A stretch of DNA of 24,914 bases from a virus (Duplodnaviria; Caudoviricetes). How positions within the stretch are numbered: position 1 is the stretch's first letter; each line of letters starts with the position of its first letter. This document shows, one piece after another, positions 8,715 to 16,656 of this stretch. The stretch covers positions 1 to 24,914 of IMG/VR virus record IMGVR_UViG_3300017978_000040, one strand, 5' to 3'. A program made the translations under genes and the position numbers. The notes under the pieces are model-generated. The model ran no database searches and had not been told where the DNA came from. It worked only from the letters and a program-made list of their open reading frames with translations.

Positions 8715-8872
8715 AAGTCGTAAAAGCACAATTCAAAGATCAAGGCGGAATTTATACTATGACTTGGTCTTACAATCCTGAACTCTGGGAAGTTAAGGAT
8801 ATTATTCAAAACGAATGCAAAAAAAATCGTTCAACCTTTTTAAAATTTATCATAAATGAAAAACCTAATTAA
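8711..8872 (+). CDS. 53-aa hypothetical protein (MKVVKAQFKDQGGIYTMTWSYNPELW...)
   Basis: Translated by hand. ATGA-coupled to the upstream peptide and overlaps the erf start. Confidence 0.65.
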   Translation: MKVVKAQFKDQGGIYTMTWSYNPELWEVKDIIQNECKKNRSTFLKFIINEKPN

Positions 8873-9365
8873 ATCGCTTTCTGACTTTCAGAACGACTGC
8901 CCTATTATCCACAAGGATACCAAAGGCCATAATTATACCTACGCAGATTTGCCACAAATCTTCAGCGTTATTAATCCGCTACTTAAAAAGCACAAGCTTT
9001 GCTTTACTCAGCTCCTTGAGAACGATGGCATTAAGACTATCCTTTTCCATGTCGAAAGCGGAGAGCAACTAGAGAGCTTCACACAGATACCAAAGGTAAA
9101 ACTTGGAAGCATGAACGATTATCAAGCCTATGGTTCTGGAGTTACTTACTTCCGTAGATATGCTTTAAGTTCTATGCTTGGCTTGATTACTGACAAGGAT
9201 ATAGATGCAGCAGGCGTACAAGTCAAAGAGTTATTCGATACTAAGCTAATTGCTAACTGCAATACAGAAGAAGAATTAACTTCTCTATATGCAAAGTATA
9301 AATCATTATTAACAGATTCAGATATTAAATTATTCACTAATCGTAAACTCCAATTAACAAAGTAA
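8856..9365 (+). CDS. erf: ERF-family single-strand annealing recombinase
   Basis: YTYADL...INPLLKKHKL, HVESGE and QAYGSGVTYFRRYALSSMLGL...DIDA match ERF motifs. Confidence 0.9.
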   Translation: MKNLIKSLSDFQNDCPIIHKDTKGHNYTYADLPQIFSVINPLLKKHKLCFTQLLENDGIKTILFHVESGEQLESFTQIPKVKLGSMNDYQAYGSGVTYFRRYALSSMLGLITDKDIDAAGVQVKELFDTKLIANCNTEEELTSLYAKYKSLLTDSDIKLFTNRKLQLTK

Positions 9366-9664
9366 TGGAAAAGCAAGACAAAGTATTCGCAGATGGTTTT
9401 ATTTTCAAGCGTTCAGACAACGCTCCAGAATGGGTAGTAGGTAAACTATCCGTTAAAGTAGAGGATGCTATCGCATTCCTACAAGCAAACGCTAAGAATG
9501 GCTGGGTTAACTTAAATATCAACTCAGCTAAATCAGGTAAGTTCTACATGGAAGTAGATACTTGGGAGAAGTCAAAGACAAGTGATGCAATCGCTTATAA
9601 GGAAGAACCAGTTGTGCCAAGTTCTTGGATAGATCCAGAAATCGTAGACCAATTACCATTTTAA
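9365..9664 (+). CDS. Probable single-stranded DNA-binding protein
   Basis: Small beta-rich protein with an acidic tail ending DQLPF, directly after erf. Confidence 0.6.
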   Translation: MEKQDKVFADGFIFKRSDNAPEWVVGKLSVKVEDAIAFLQANAKNGWVNLNINSAKSGKFYMEVDTWEKSKTSDAIAYKEEPVVPSSWIDPEIVDQLPF

Positions 9665-9666
9665 TT

Positions 9667-9864
9667 ATGACAACGCAAGAGATAGCAGAATTTGAGTTTA
9701 TGCGTATTAGCTTACGCATGATTCTTAACGGAAGCAAAGAGGCTTTCGAGGCATACCAGCAAGTAGTAGCCAAGCACCTAGCAAAAGAGGTAGAGCTTGG
9801 AAGAATAAGCGAAGATTTAAGAGATTACTTAACTAAAAAGCAAATCGGAAATGAAAGCGAATAA
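9667..9864 (+). CDS. Hypothetical protein
   Basis: The track starts it at 9625, but the ATG at 9667, just after the SSB stop, is more plausible. Confidence 0.5.
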   Translation: MTTQEIAEFEFMRISLRMILNGSKEAFEAYQQVVAKHLAKEVELGRISEDLRDYLTKKQIGNESE

Positions 9865-10039
9865 TTATATTTTTACCTATCGGTCTCACTTAGATTATAA
9901 AGAGTACTGGCAAAGGCACTACTGCGAAACTCCAGAAGACATTATCAAGATACGAGATAGAATATCTAGAGATCATGGCCAAGTAGAAGAAATAGACGAA
10001 GAGATAAACGAACAAGAGTATGAAAATCAAGAAGCTTAA
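9851..10039 (+). CDS. Hypothetical protein
   Basis: 62-aa ORF in the overlapping early-gene array. Confidence 0.5.
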   Translation: MKANNYIFTYRSHLDYKEYWQRHYCETPEDIIKIRDRISRDHGQVEEIDEEINEQEYENQEA

Positions 10040-10220
10040 TTTATATCAAGAAGTGGCAGACAACTTAAACGCAAAAGGAGTAATGCCATTCTCAGCCAGA
10101 CAGTGGTCGATGCCATTAGTGCAATCGGTAGTGTATGGCAAAGTAAAAAATCAAGAGGTTATGGACGAGGTAAAACGAGTTATGGAATCTAAACAACTTA
10201 ATCATGAGACTGCAAGGTAA
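10020..10220 (+). CDS. Small putative DNA-binding protein
   Basis: The VADNLNAKG...WSMPLVQSVV pattern resembles the helix-turn-helix-like segment of serine recombinase DNA-binding domains. Confidence 0.4.
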   Translation: MKIKKLNLYQEVADNLNAKGVMPFSARQWSMPLVQSVVYGKVKNQEVMDEVKRVMESKQLNHETAR

Positions 10221-10446
10221 ATCAAAAGAACAATACGATGCATCAGAGTTCATTGCATTCGTAGGAGTAGTAGGCGCTGGCATCAGCATACTAGGATACT
10301 TAATATTTTTATTTCTATTGGTAGGATGCAAAGCTCCAGAAATTCCTGAGCCAGTCAATACTCCGAATTATGTAGCAAGTTATACCATTCACGTTCAGCC
10401 TAATGGATCAACTGCTTTTCCAAAGTTTATACCAGTATTCAAATGA
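10204..10446 (+). CDS. Membrane protein / possible lipoprotein
   Basis: Long hydrophobic stretch ending in the lipobox-like LVGC, followed by a Pro-rich linker. Confidence 0.5.
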   Translation: MRLQGKSKEQYDASEFIAFVGVVGAGISILGYLIFLFLLVGCKAPEIPEPVNTPNYVASYTIHVQPNGSTAFPKFIPVFK

Positions 10447-10610
10447 AAGATTTAACATTTAACGAGTGGCAAGCAAACTTAACTAAGCAATTAGAAAAGG
10501 ATTATAAAAAACTAAACTTAATTAGAAATGAGAAGCTTTATAAAATATCACGCAGAGAACCCGGAGGTTTACGAGGCATTCAAGAAGTACGCGTTTCAGC
10601 TAATAAATAG
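10443..10610 (+). CDS. 55-aa hypothetical protein (MKDLTFNEWQANL...)
   Basis: Translated by hand. ATGA overlap with the upstream gene; fills the gap before 10528. Confidence 0.5.
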   Translation: MKDLTFNEWQANLTKQLEKDYKKLNLIRNEKLYKISRREPGGLRGIQEVRVSANK

Positions 10611-10794
10611 AGGCTATAAGCGTATCGGCGCAAAACAAATATTTGAAGTTATTAGATGGCATTCAATGGTGTCTGGTAATGACAAGTACAAAGTGAATAA
10701 CAACTATACGGCAGACTATGCTAGAAAGTTTGAGAAAGATTTTCCTGATCACTTCGGAATATTCTCGAAAAGGCTTTGTAATTCTGACAAATAG
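10528..10794 (+). CDS. Phage hypothetical protein
   Basis: 88 aa; the ENPEVY...GAKQIFEVIRW...YKVNNNYTADYAR pattern looks like a conserved phage family of unknown function. Confidence 0.6.
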   Translation: MRSFIKYHAENPEVYEAFKKYAFQLINRGYKRIGAKQIFEVIRWHSMVSGNDKYKVNNNYTADYARKFEKDFPDHFGIFSKRLCNSDK

Positions 10795-10805
10795 TTTTAT
10801 ATTGC
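10775..10805 (+). promoter_or_regulatory. Variant Bacteroidota promoter for the replication module
   Basis: TTTG at 10775-78, a 19-nt spacer, then TATATTGC at 10798-10805 (imperfect -7). Confidence 0.5.
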
Positions 10806-10811
10806 AAGTGT

Positions 10812-10907
10812 AATCGCCTCACTACATTATAGCGATTTAAAAAATTAAGTGCCTTGTATTGATATTGGAAGTAGTGAGCCAATTGATTTATGAGGCATTT
10901 TTATTTT
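10812..10907 (+). ncRNA. Structured leader RNA: two hairpins with complementary loops, the second terminator-like
   Basis: Stem AATCGC/GCGATT has CTCACTAC in its loop. Stem AAGTGCCTTGTA/TATGAGGCATTT encloses ATTGG/CCAAT with GTAGTGAG in the loop. A T-run follows. Confidence 0.65.
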
Positions 10908-10918
10908 AAAATATTATC

Positions 10919-11128
10919 ATGGAAGTTGACTTATTTTCTAGAACAATTGACGGCCGTACTCCAAGTATCTCGGCTTATTATTTTGCACTTGGCAGAATCT
11001 ATTTGGATTTAGCTCGCAAAAATTTAAATACAGAATTTGAATTTAATTTAAATGAAACTGATTTTCTAGTAACTCTCGATTCTTACGATTTAATCGAAGC
11101 TAAAATTTCTTTTACTCTTCAATGCTGA
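10919..11128 (+). CDS. Hypothetical protein
   Basis: 69-aa ORF between the structured leader and the replication initiator. Confidence 0.45.
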   Translation: MEVDLFSRTIDGRTPSISAYYFALGRIYLDLARKNLNTEFEFNLNETDFLVTLDSYDLIEAKISFTLQC

Positions 11129-11814
11129 TGGATATTTATTCACTATCTCGTAACTATTGGGATTACTCTTTTGAGAATCCAGATAAGTTAAAGCCAAATC
11201 ATGCAGCGATTTATTTCTTTGCGATTGAACACTGCAATAGGTTAGGATGGAAGGACAAGTTTGGTCTACCTACTACTATGGTAATGGAAGCGGTAGGTAT
11301 TAAAAACTACAAAACTTATCATTCTGCTTTATTAGATTTAGTGGAAATTGGTTTCATTAAATTGGTAGAAAAATCAAAAAACCAGTACTCTGCTAATGTA
11401 ATTGCCCTAGTAAATTTTACCAAAGCAAATACCAAAGCACTTGGCAAAGCATTGTCGAAGCACGACACAAAGCACATACCAAAGCAAGTCCAAAGCACTG
11501 CTAGTATAGATATACTTGTTTACTTTAATACTATTTTACCTAATTACCAATATAGTGATTTTAGGATTGAAGAAATAAAAAAATGGATTTCTTATAAAAT
11601 AGAAAAGAAAGAAAAATATACTAAATTGGGCTTCGAAGCTTTTCTTAAAAAATGGGATCATTGCGATGACCAAGAATTTGCTGAAATGATTTCTTCAGCT
11701 ATGGCATCAAACTGGAAAGGATTATTTAAACCTAAAAAAGATTATAATGGAAATTCAAACGACAAGCAACTCGGAACTTCAGCTGCAAGAATGGAAGCCC
11801 TCAGAAATTGGTAA
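11122..11814 (+). CDS. Replication initiator (lambda O/DnaD-like architecture)
   Basis: N-terminal winged-helix-like region (YHSALLDLVEIGFIKLV), a central iteron-bearing linker, and a C-terminal W..YK...SAMASNWKGLF motif. Confidence 0.75.
   Translation: MLMDIYSLSRNYWDYSFENPDKLKPNHAAIYFFAIEHCNRLGWKDKFGLPTTMVMEAVGIKNYKTYHSALLDLVEIGFIKLVEKSKNQYSANVIALVNFTKANTKALGKALSKHDTKHIPKQVQSTASIDILVYFNTILPNYQYSDFRIEEIKKWISYKIEKKEKYTKLGFEAFLKKWDHCDDQEFAEMISSAMASNWKGLFKPKKDYNGNSNDKQLGTSAARMEALRNW
11419..11498 (+). repeat. Iteron array, probable replication origin
   Basis: Seven (A/G)AAGCA cores at 11422, 11434, 11446, 11457, 11469, 11481 and 11492, followed by an AT-rich tract. Confidence 0.75.
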
Positions 11815-12502
11815 AGGTTTAGGCATCCAGATTCTTCAAGCTCAAAATGGTTTAGCAATTAGAAAGCAAAGCGAAGAAGATTTAAAGCAAGTGCTTCGTT
11901 ATGTAATGATCTTGGTAGGACTGCGTGGAAACAACCTACCAACGGATGAAGAAAAGCTAGTCTTAATCAATTTCATAAAGACAAACTTTGCTAATCAAAC
12001 TATTACAGAAATTAAGTTAGCTTTTGAGCTTGCAGTAGCTGGAAGATTTACAGTAGATGTAAAGACTTACGAGAATTTTTCTTGCGAATACTTTGCTAGA
12101 ATTATGAACGCTTATCTTGATTATGCAAGAGCTGAAACAAGAGCGATACCAAAGCAAGAAGAACCTGCCAAGCCAAAGCCATGCGATAGCGTTTTAAAGA
12201 CTCAAAGTATTGAAACTGCAAATATGTACGCGCAAGAAATTTGGAAGGCGCAGAAGGCAAAGAAAGAGTTTATTTGGATTGCTGGAGGATTGCATATTCT
12301 TTACGATTATCTAAGCGAGTTTGGTATTTACACTACTCCAGTAGAAGACAAGCTAAGGATTGCTGAGAAGTTTAAGCATCTAAAAGGCGAAGAGTTTAAA
12401 GTAGCTTGCAAGACTCAGGCATATAAGGAATTTATACATGATCTGGTAAACTTTGATTCAGAGATAGACCAGGAAGGAAAGATTAAACCAATTGAAAATT
12501 AG
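11747..12502 (+). CDS. Replication accessory protein, possible helicase loader
   Basis: 251-aa helical protein overlapping the initiator, in the lambda P position. Function is inferred from position. Confidence 0.45.
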   Translation: MEIQTTSNSELQLQEWKPSEIGKGLGIQILQAQNGLAIRKQSEEDLKQVLRYVMILVGLRGNNLPTDEEKLVLINFIKTNFANQTITEIKLAFELAVAGRFTVDVKTYENFSCEYFARIMNAYLDYARAETRAIPKQEEPAKPKPCDSVLKTQSIETANMYAQEIWKAQKAKKEFIWIAGGLHILYDYLSEFGIYTTPVEDKLRIAEKFKHLKGEEFKVACKTQAYKEFIHDLVNFDSEIDQEGKIKPIEN

Positions 12503-12513
12503 ACACTAAAAAA

Positions 12514-12729
12514 ATGATAAGACTAATAAAACTACTAACGCTTGTCGTTACTATTATTTGCACTGGCTTAGTTCTGTACAATTTATTTACAGAAGAGCAG
12601 GTAGAAGTAAAGCAAAAATTTAAATCTAATCAGCCTATCTTTCGAATGGAGATAGGGCATGATGAATGGCATGGTAAACTAGAACCAGGCAGATATACAA
12701 AATCAGGAATCTTAATTATTAAGCAATAA
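12514..12729 (+). CDS. Hypothetical membrane-anchored protein
   Basis: N-terminal TM segment LLTLVVTIICTGLVLY. Confidence 0.5.
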   Translation: MIRLIKLLTLVVTIICTGLVLYNLFTEEQVEVKQKFKSNQPIFRMEIGHDEWHGKLEPGRYTKSGILIIKQ

Positions 12730-13361
12730 TGAAAAGCGAAGTGTTTAACTTGGATTGCATTGAAGGTATGAAACAATATCCTGATAATTATTTTGAGCTT
12801 GCGATAGTTGATCCTCCTTATGGCATTGGAATTGATGGACAAAAAAAAAGTATTAATAAAAATGCTAAACACAATCGAAAAGAGCATGTAAAAAAAGACT
12901 GGGATAATTCAATACCTGATAAAAATTATTTTACAGAATTATTTCGTGTTAGTAAAAATCAAATAATATGGGGTGGTAATTATTTTACAGAATTTTTAAA
13001 TCCTACTAAGGCATGGATATTCTGGTATAAAGGGCAAAGAGATTTAACTATGAGCGATGGAGAAATGGCATGGACTTCATTTAATACAGTTACTAGACAA
13101 ATAGAAATTAATAGAGCTGAATTAATTAAACAAAATACTTTTCATCCTACTGAAAAACCTTATAAATTATATAAATGGATTTTAAATAAATATGCACAGA
13201 AAGGCGATAAAATACTTGATACTCATTTAGGTTCTGGCAGTTCAAGAATTGCAGCTTACGATTTAGGTTTTGAATTTACTGGATTTGAATTAGATAAGGA
13301 CTACTTCGAAGCAAGCGAAAAAAGATTTCAGCAGCATATTGCTCAACTAACTTTATTTTAA
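12729..13361 (+). CDS. Orphan DNA methyltransferase (N6-A/N4-C, beta class)
   Basis: Catalytic DPPY precedes HPTEKP and the SAM-binding LDTHLGSGS. No cognate restriction enzyme nearby. Confidence 0.92.
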   Translation: MKSEVFNLDCIEGMKQYPDNYFELAIVDPPYGIGIDGQKKSINKNAKHNRKEHVKKDWDNSIPDKNYFTELFRVSKNQIIWGGNYFTEFLNPTKAWIFWYKGQRDLTMSDGEMAWTSFNTVTRQIEINRAELIKQNTFHPTEKPYKLYKWILNKYAQKGDKILDTHLGSGSSRIAAYDLGFEFTGFELDKDYFEASEKRFQQHIAQLTLF

Positions 13362-13362
13362 A

Positions 13363-13599
13363 ATGGAAACTAAACAAACGGCAGTAGATTTTTTAAAAGA
13401 AAAATTTATAATGCTTCAATGGATGCTAGTAAGAGACGAAATTAGTAGAGCAAAAGCAGATGAATTATTAAACGAATGGTGCGACAAAGCCAAACAAATG
13501 GAGAAACAGCTAATAGGAGATTGGGTTCAAACACATTGGTATGAAGAGATAAAAGGCAAGAACTATAAATTATACTACAACAAGAATAATGAAAAATAA
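13363..13599 (+). CDS. Hypothetical protein
   Basis: 78 aa with a KQTAVDFL...AKQMEKQ pattern typical of small variable phage genes. Confidence 0.55.
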   Translation: METKQTAVDFLKEKFIMLQWMLVRDEISRAKADELLNEWCDKAKQMEKQLIGDWVQTHWYEEIKGKNYKLYYNKNNEK

Positions 13600-13873
13600 A
13601 ACAGAAAGAATAATTTACGAAGACCACAAGCTCGAATGTACAGAATGTGGGCAGACAAACAACGCCAAAGTAATAGAGCGACTATTTAATAAGTCTGGCA
13701 ATAAGTTTACGATGTCTTACCGATGCGATCATTGCGATAAAAGGCAGGTAGTATTTTTAAGCGGTTGCGGATTTCTTTACCTAAGACCTTACATAGATTT
13801 TAAACGCAACCGAATGATTAAAGAAGGGTGGGTACAAAAACGATTCTATAAAAATTCGCCATGCAAGCAATAA
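13589..13873 (+). CDS. Zinc-ribbon protein
   Basis: Two cysteine pairs, CTEC and CDHC. Confidence 0.6.
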   Translation: MKNKTERIIYEDHKLECTECGQTNNAKVIERLFNKSGNKFTMSYRCDHCDKRQVVFLSGCGFLYLRPYIDFKRNRMIKEGWVQKRFYKNSPCKQ

Positions 13874-14205
13874 TCTACGGCCAAGTGCCAAGCAAATCTA
13901 ACGGCTACAAGATTGGAAATAATAGGCTTTATAAGTCAAAGCAATTACTCCAGTACGAAGAAAGCTTTAGGTTGCAAACGCTAACGATAAGAGAAACCAT
14001 AAGCGTAGAGTTTGGCATTAATATTATTGTTTATTTTCAGTCTAATCGTTCCGACTTAGATAATGCAGCTAAGGTAATTCTAGACTGCTTGCAGAGTTGC
14101 GGTATAATAGCAAACGATAGGCTTTGTGTAAGGCTTGTAATGATTAAGAAAATAGATAAGTCAAATCCTAGAATAGAATTATTTCTTTATGAAGATTCCG
14201 AGTAA
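13861..14205 (+). CDS. rusA: RusA-family Holliday junction resolvase
   Basis: G.VPSKSN N-terminus, catalytic DLDNAAKVILDCL...IIANDR, and C-terminal NPRIEL. Confidence 0.88.
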   Translation: MQAIIYGQVPSKSNGYKIGNNRLYKSKQLLQYEESFRLQTLTIRETISVEFGINIIVYFQSNRSDLDNAAKVILDCLQSCGIIANDRLCVRLVMIKKIDKSNPRIELFLYEDSE

Positions 14206-14410
14206 TTACCAGAAGGCCATAGATTGGATAGAAGCGCAGAAGGTAGAACCTGGTACTGAGTTAGACTTGGGCAATGGAGTTTTTATAAATGATTTAACCA
14301 AATGCTTGCAAACTAATAAAGAAAGATTACTAACTTGCGAAGGATACCTTCAGAAGCTTAGTTTTTTAAAGGTCAAAATGATTAAGGATAAACTAAACCA
14401 AACCAAATGA
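14189..14410 (+). CDS. Hypothetical protein
   Basis: 73-aa ORF overlapping its neighbours. Confidence 0.5.
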   Translation: MKIPSNYQKAIDWIEAQKVEPGTELDLGNGVFINDLTKCLQTNKERLLTCEGYLQKLSFLKVKMIKDKLNQTK

Positions 14411-14751
14411 AAAAGTTAACAGATCGAGAAACCTTCGTGATATACGCAGGACTTACCAACGCTTTAGTAGACCACATTGAGAATGACTTTCGAAAGTCAA
14501 TCTACAATAAGCAATCGCTAAAATTTAAAAGCCAGAACTTACTAACGGAATTAATCAGCATAACAGATAAGCTTTACGCTGAAGGTGCAGAAGAAGAAGT
14601 AGTAGAGCAACACGTTATGGCTGGAGATGTAATGCTTAAATTCTTTAAGCTAGGTATGAAGATGGCAGACATGGATGACGTCAAGCATCAGGGATTAAAT
14701 ACTCAGCTTAACATACTGCTAAAATCTTACGGCTTAGATATTGATTTTTAG
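14407..14751 (+). CDS. Hypothetical protein
   Basis: 114-aa helical ORF with an ATGA-type overlap. Confidence 0.55.
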   Translation: MKKLTDRETFVIYAGLTNALVDHIENDFRKSIYNKQSLKFKSQNLLTELISITDKLYAEGAEEEVVEQHVMAGDVMLKFFKLGMKMADMDDVKHQGLNTQLNILLKSYGLDIDF

Positions 14752-14786
14752 GAAGTTAGCTTTTTTAATTAAAAAAATAATTTAAC

Positions 14787-14849
14787 TTTATACCATAAAA
14801 GGTATAAAATTGCTTTAACTTATAACATTTATATCATATCGGGTACAAT
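14787..14849. repeat. Tandem pair of 8-6-8 inverted-repeat sites
   Basis: TTTATACC-ATAAAA-GGTATAAA (14787-14808, perfect arms) and a degenerate copy TTTATATC-ATATCG-GGTACAAT (14828-14849). Confidence 0.6.
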
Positions 14850-14864
14850 TTAAACAACCAAACA

Positions 14865-15059
14865 ATGAAAAAATTTATCAAGATTACAACAAGAAATGAG
14901 GATGGAAGTATTGTAAGAAGCTGGATTGATCAGGAGCAAGTTGCCCAATTATCTCAGCATACTCAGCAACAAGGAGACAATGAAGGAACTTGTAGATTTG
15001 TAGATGGTTCAATTCTTGAGCTTATTACTTTTAATGAAACTTTAGATTCTTTGAATTAA
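14865..15059 (+). CDS. Hypothetical protein
   Basis: 64-aa ORF with a strong A-rich start context. Confidence 0.55.
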   Translation: MKKFIKITTRNEDGSIVRSWIDQEQVAQLSQHTQQQGDNEGTCRFVDGSILELITFNETLDSLN

Positions 15060-15073
15060 AAATCTCCAACCAA

Positions 15074-15349
15074 ATGGAAGAGTTTATAGAGAAAGTCTGG
15101 GATGATATGCCAATTATTATCGAAGATTTACCGGTAGAACCAGTAAAGGAAGACCTGGTAAATTCGCCTTCGCATTATCAAGGCAATAAGTTTGAAGTCA
15201 TAGATATTATAGATGACTTTAATTTAAGCTTTAATAAAGGGAATGCGATTAAGTACATTTTGAGAGCTGATAAGAAGGGAAACCATAAACAAGATCTGCT
15301 TAAAGCCATATGGTATCTCGAGCATGAGCTTAACAAACTGAATGGATAG
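15074..15349 (+). CDS. DUF3310 (SaV-like) protein
   Basis: VNSPSHY...EVIDII...FNKGNAIKYILRADKKG...QDLLKAIWYL. Confidence 0.85.
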   Translation: MEEFIEKVWDDMPIIIEDLPVEPVKEDLVNSPSHYQGNKFEVIDIIDDFNLSFNKGNAIKYILRADKKGNHKQDLLKAIWYLEHELNKLNG

Positions 15350-15443
15350 ATTAGTCATTGAGGCTATTTTCGTAGGAATTGCGGAGATAGCCTTTATTAT
15401 TTTTATGATTTGCATGATAATTGAAAAGCATAAAGAAAAATGA
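15342..15443 (+). CDS. 33-aa membrane peptide (MDRLVIEAIFVGIAEIAFIIFMICMIIEKHKEK)
   Basis: Translated by hand. Overlaps the DUF3310 stop and is ATGA-coupled to the sigma factor. Confidence 0.55.
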   Translation: MDRLVIEAIFVGIAEIAFIIFMICMIIEKHKEK

Positions 15444-15961
15444 TAGCAAAGACTCGAAGCGAATTGATTGCTGAGCTTTACGAAAGTAAGGAGATAGCCT
15501 CCGCGCTAAGAAAGATGCAACCAGCTTCACTAAGAGAAGAACTACGCCAAGAGATGTTTGTAAACCTATGCTCAATAACAGACGAGAAATTCTGGAGCAT
15601 TTACAATAACAACGGAGTAGGCGGGTTAAAGTTCTGGCTTGTAAGGTGCATGCTTAATATGATTTATTCAACTTCGATGAATCAGCCATTCTTTAAAAAC
15701 TTTCGAGCTAAGTACGAAGCTATTGATGGCTTTGAAAACATAGCAGAAGTAGAAGATAATTCTAAGGAAGCAAAGGAATTGCTATTTATACAAGTAGAAT
15801 CTAATCGAAAGGATTTAACCTGGTACGAGAATACCATGCTAGAAACCTACATAGATTTAGGATTTAATCAGACAGAAGTATCTAGGCGCACAAAGATTCC
15901 TTATCAAAGCGTAGTCAAGACAATCACAGTAATTAAAAAGAAGCTACGAGATGCAAGATAA
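15440..15961 (+). CDS. Phage-encoded sigma-70/ECF-like factor, probable late transcription regulator
   Basis: Region 2-like EELRQEMFVNL...KFWLVRCMLN and region 4 HTH FNQTEVSRRTKIPYQSVVKTITVIKKKL; lies at the early/late boundary. Confidence 0.75.
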   Translation: MIAKTRSELIAELYESKEIASALRKMQPASLREELRQEMFVNLCSITDEKFWSIYNNNGVGGLKFWLVRCMLNMIYSTSMNQPFFKNFRAKYEAIDGFENIAEVEDNSKEAKELLFIQVESNRKDLTWYENTMLETYIDLGFNQTEVSRRTKIPYQSVVKTITVIKKKLRDAR

Positions 15962-16139
15962 TTTGAAGCCAGATGAAAGAGCGCAATCCTTAATTAATAA
16001 CGGTTTATACTTTGCTGGTAATAAGGCAATGGCAAAAGAACTAGCTTTGTTTATTTGCCAAGTGGTAAAGGATCAGAAGCTAAAGATTGACGATAAGATT
16101 TACTGGGAATTAGTAACAGAAGAAATTTATAACTTATGA
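15951..16139 (+). CDS. Hypothetical protein
   Basis: 62-aa ORF ending YWELVTEEIYNL. Confidence 0.5.
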   Translation: MQDNLKPDERAQSLINNGLYFAGNKAMAKELALFICQVVKDQKLKIDDKIYWELVTEEIYNL

Positions 16140-16360
16140 TTATTTTAGCAGCGATTACCTTTGCAGTATTTTTCAATATGACTAATCTGCATAAAAGTTT
16201 TTATCTAAACTTTAAGCCATTCAATTGCGTGCCTTGCCTTTCGGTTTGGAGCGCAATGGTTATGTACTTAATGCCAGACAATTTAGTTAGCTTTATAGCT
16301 ACAATTTTTAGCGCTGGTATTATTGGCGCACTATCATATAGATTAATTCATAAACTATGA
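16136..16360 (+). CDS. Small membrane protein with CxxC motif (DUF1360-like)
   Basis: KPFNCVPCLSVW flanked by hydrophobic segments. Confidence 0.55.
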   Translation: MIILAAITFAVFFNMTNLHKSFYLNFKPFNCVPCLSVWSAMVMYLMPDNLVSFIATIFSAGIIGALSYRLIHKL

Positions 16361-16656
16361 GTCCAGAAGATATAAAATTTATTGAAGATAATATCGTAAA
16401 CTTTGAAGCGGTAAAGCTTGGCTTTTGTCGTAACATTGATTTTCCTATCCTTGACGAATATACTAGAATCTATCAGCGTAACTTAGATCAGCAATTTGTG
16501 CTGAATGCTTGGTGCAGTGCTTGTGTATTTGATATGCTAAAGCGATTAGAATCACACTACGAAGGCATTAAGTTCATGGCGAAGAGAAATGCAATTCAAC
16601 CAATCGAAACAAATGAGCAACCAATTAAGAATACTAGGAAGCGGAAGCAGGCATAG
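16357..16656 (+). CDS. Hypothetical CxxC protein with a basic tail
   Basis: WCSACV motif and C-terminal RKRKQA. Confidence 0.55.
   Translation: MSPEDIKFIEDNIVNFEAVKLGFCRNIDFPILDEYTRIYQRNLDQQFVLNAWCSACVFDMLKRLESHYEGIKFMAKRNAIQPIETNEQPIKNTRKRKQA

Noticed and set aside
12729-13361. AT-rich orphan DNA methyltransferase as a novel defence system
   Set aside because: Orphan beta-class methyltransferases are commonplace in phage replication regions, and no partner nuclease is present.
14761-14776. Perfect palindrome TTTTTTAATTAAAAAA
   Set aside because: Low-complexity A/T sequence expected in AT-rich intergenic DNA.
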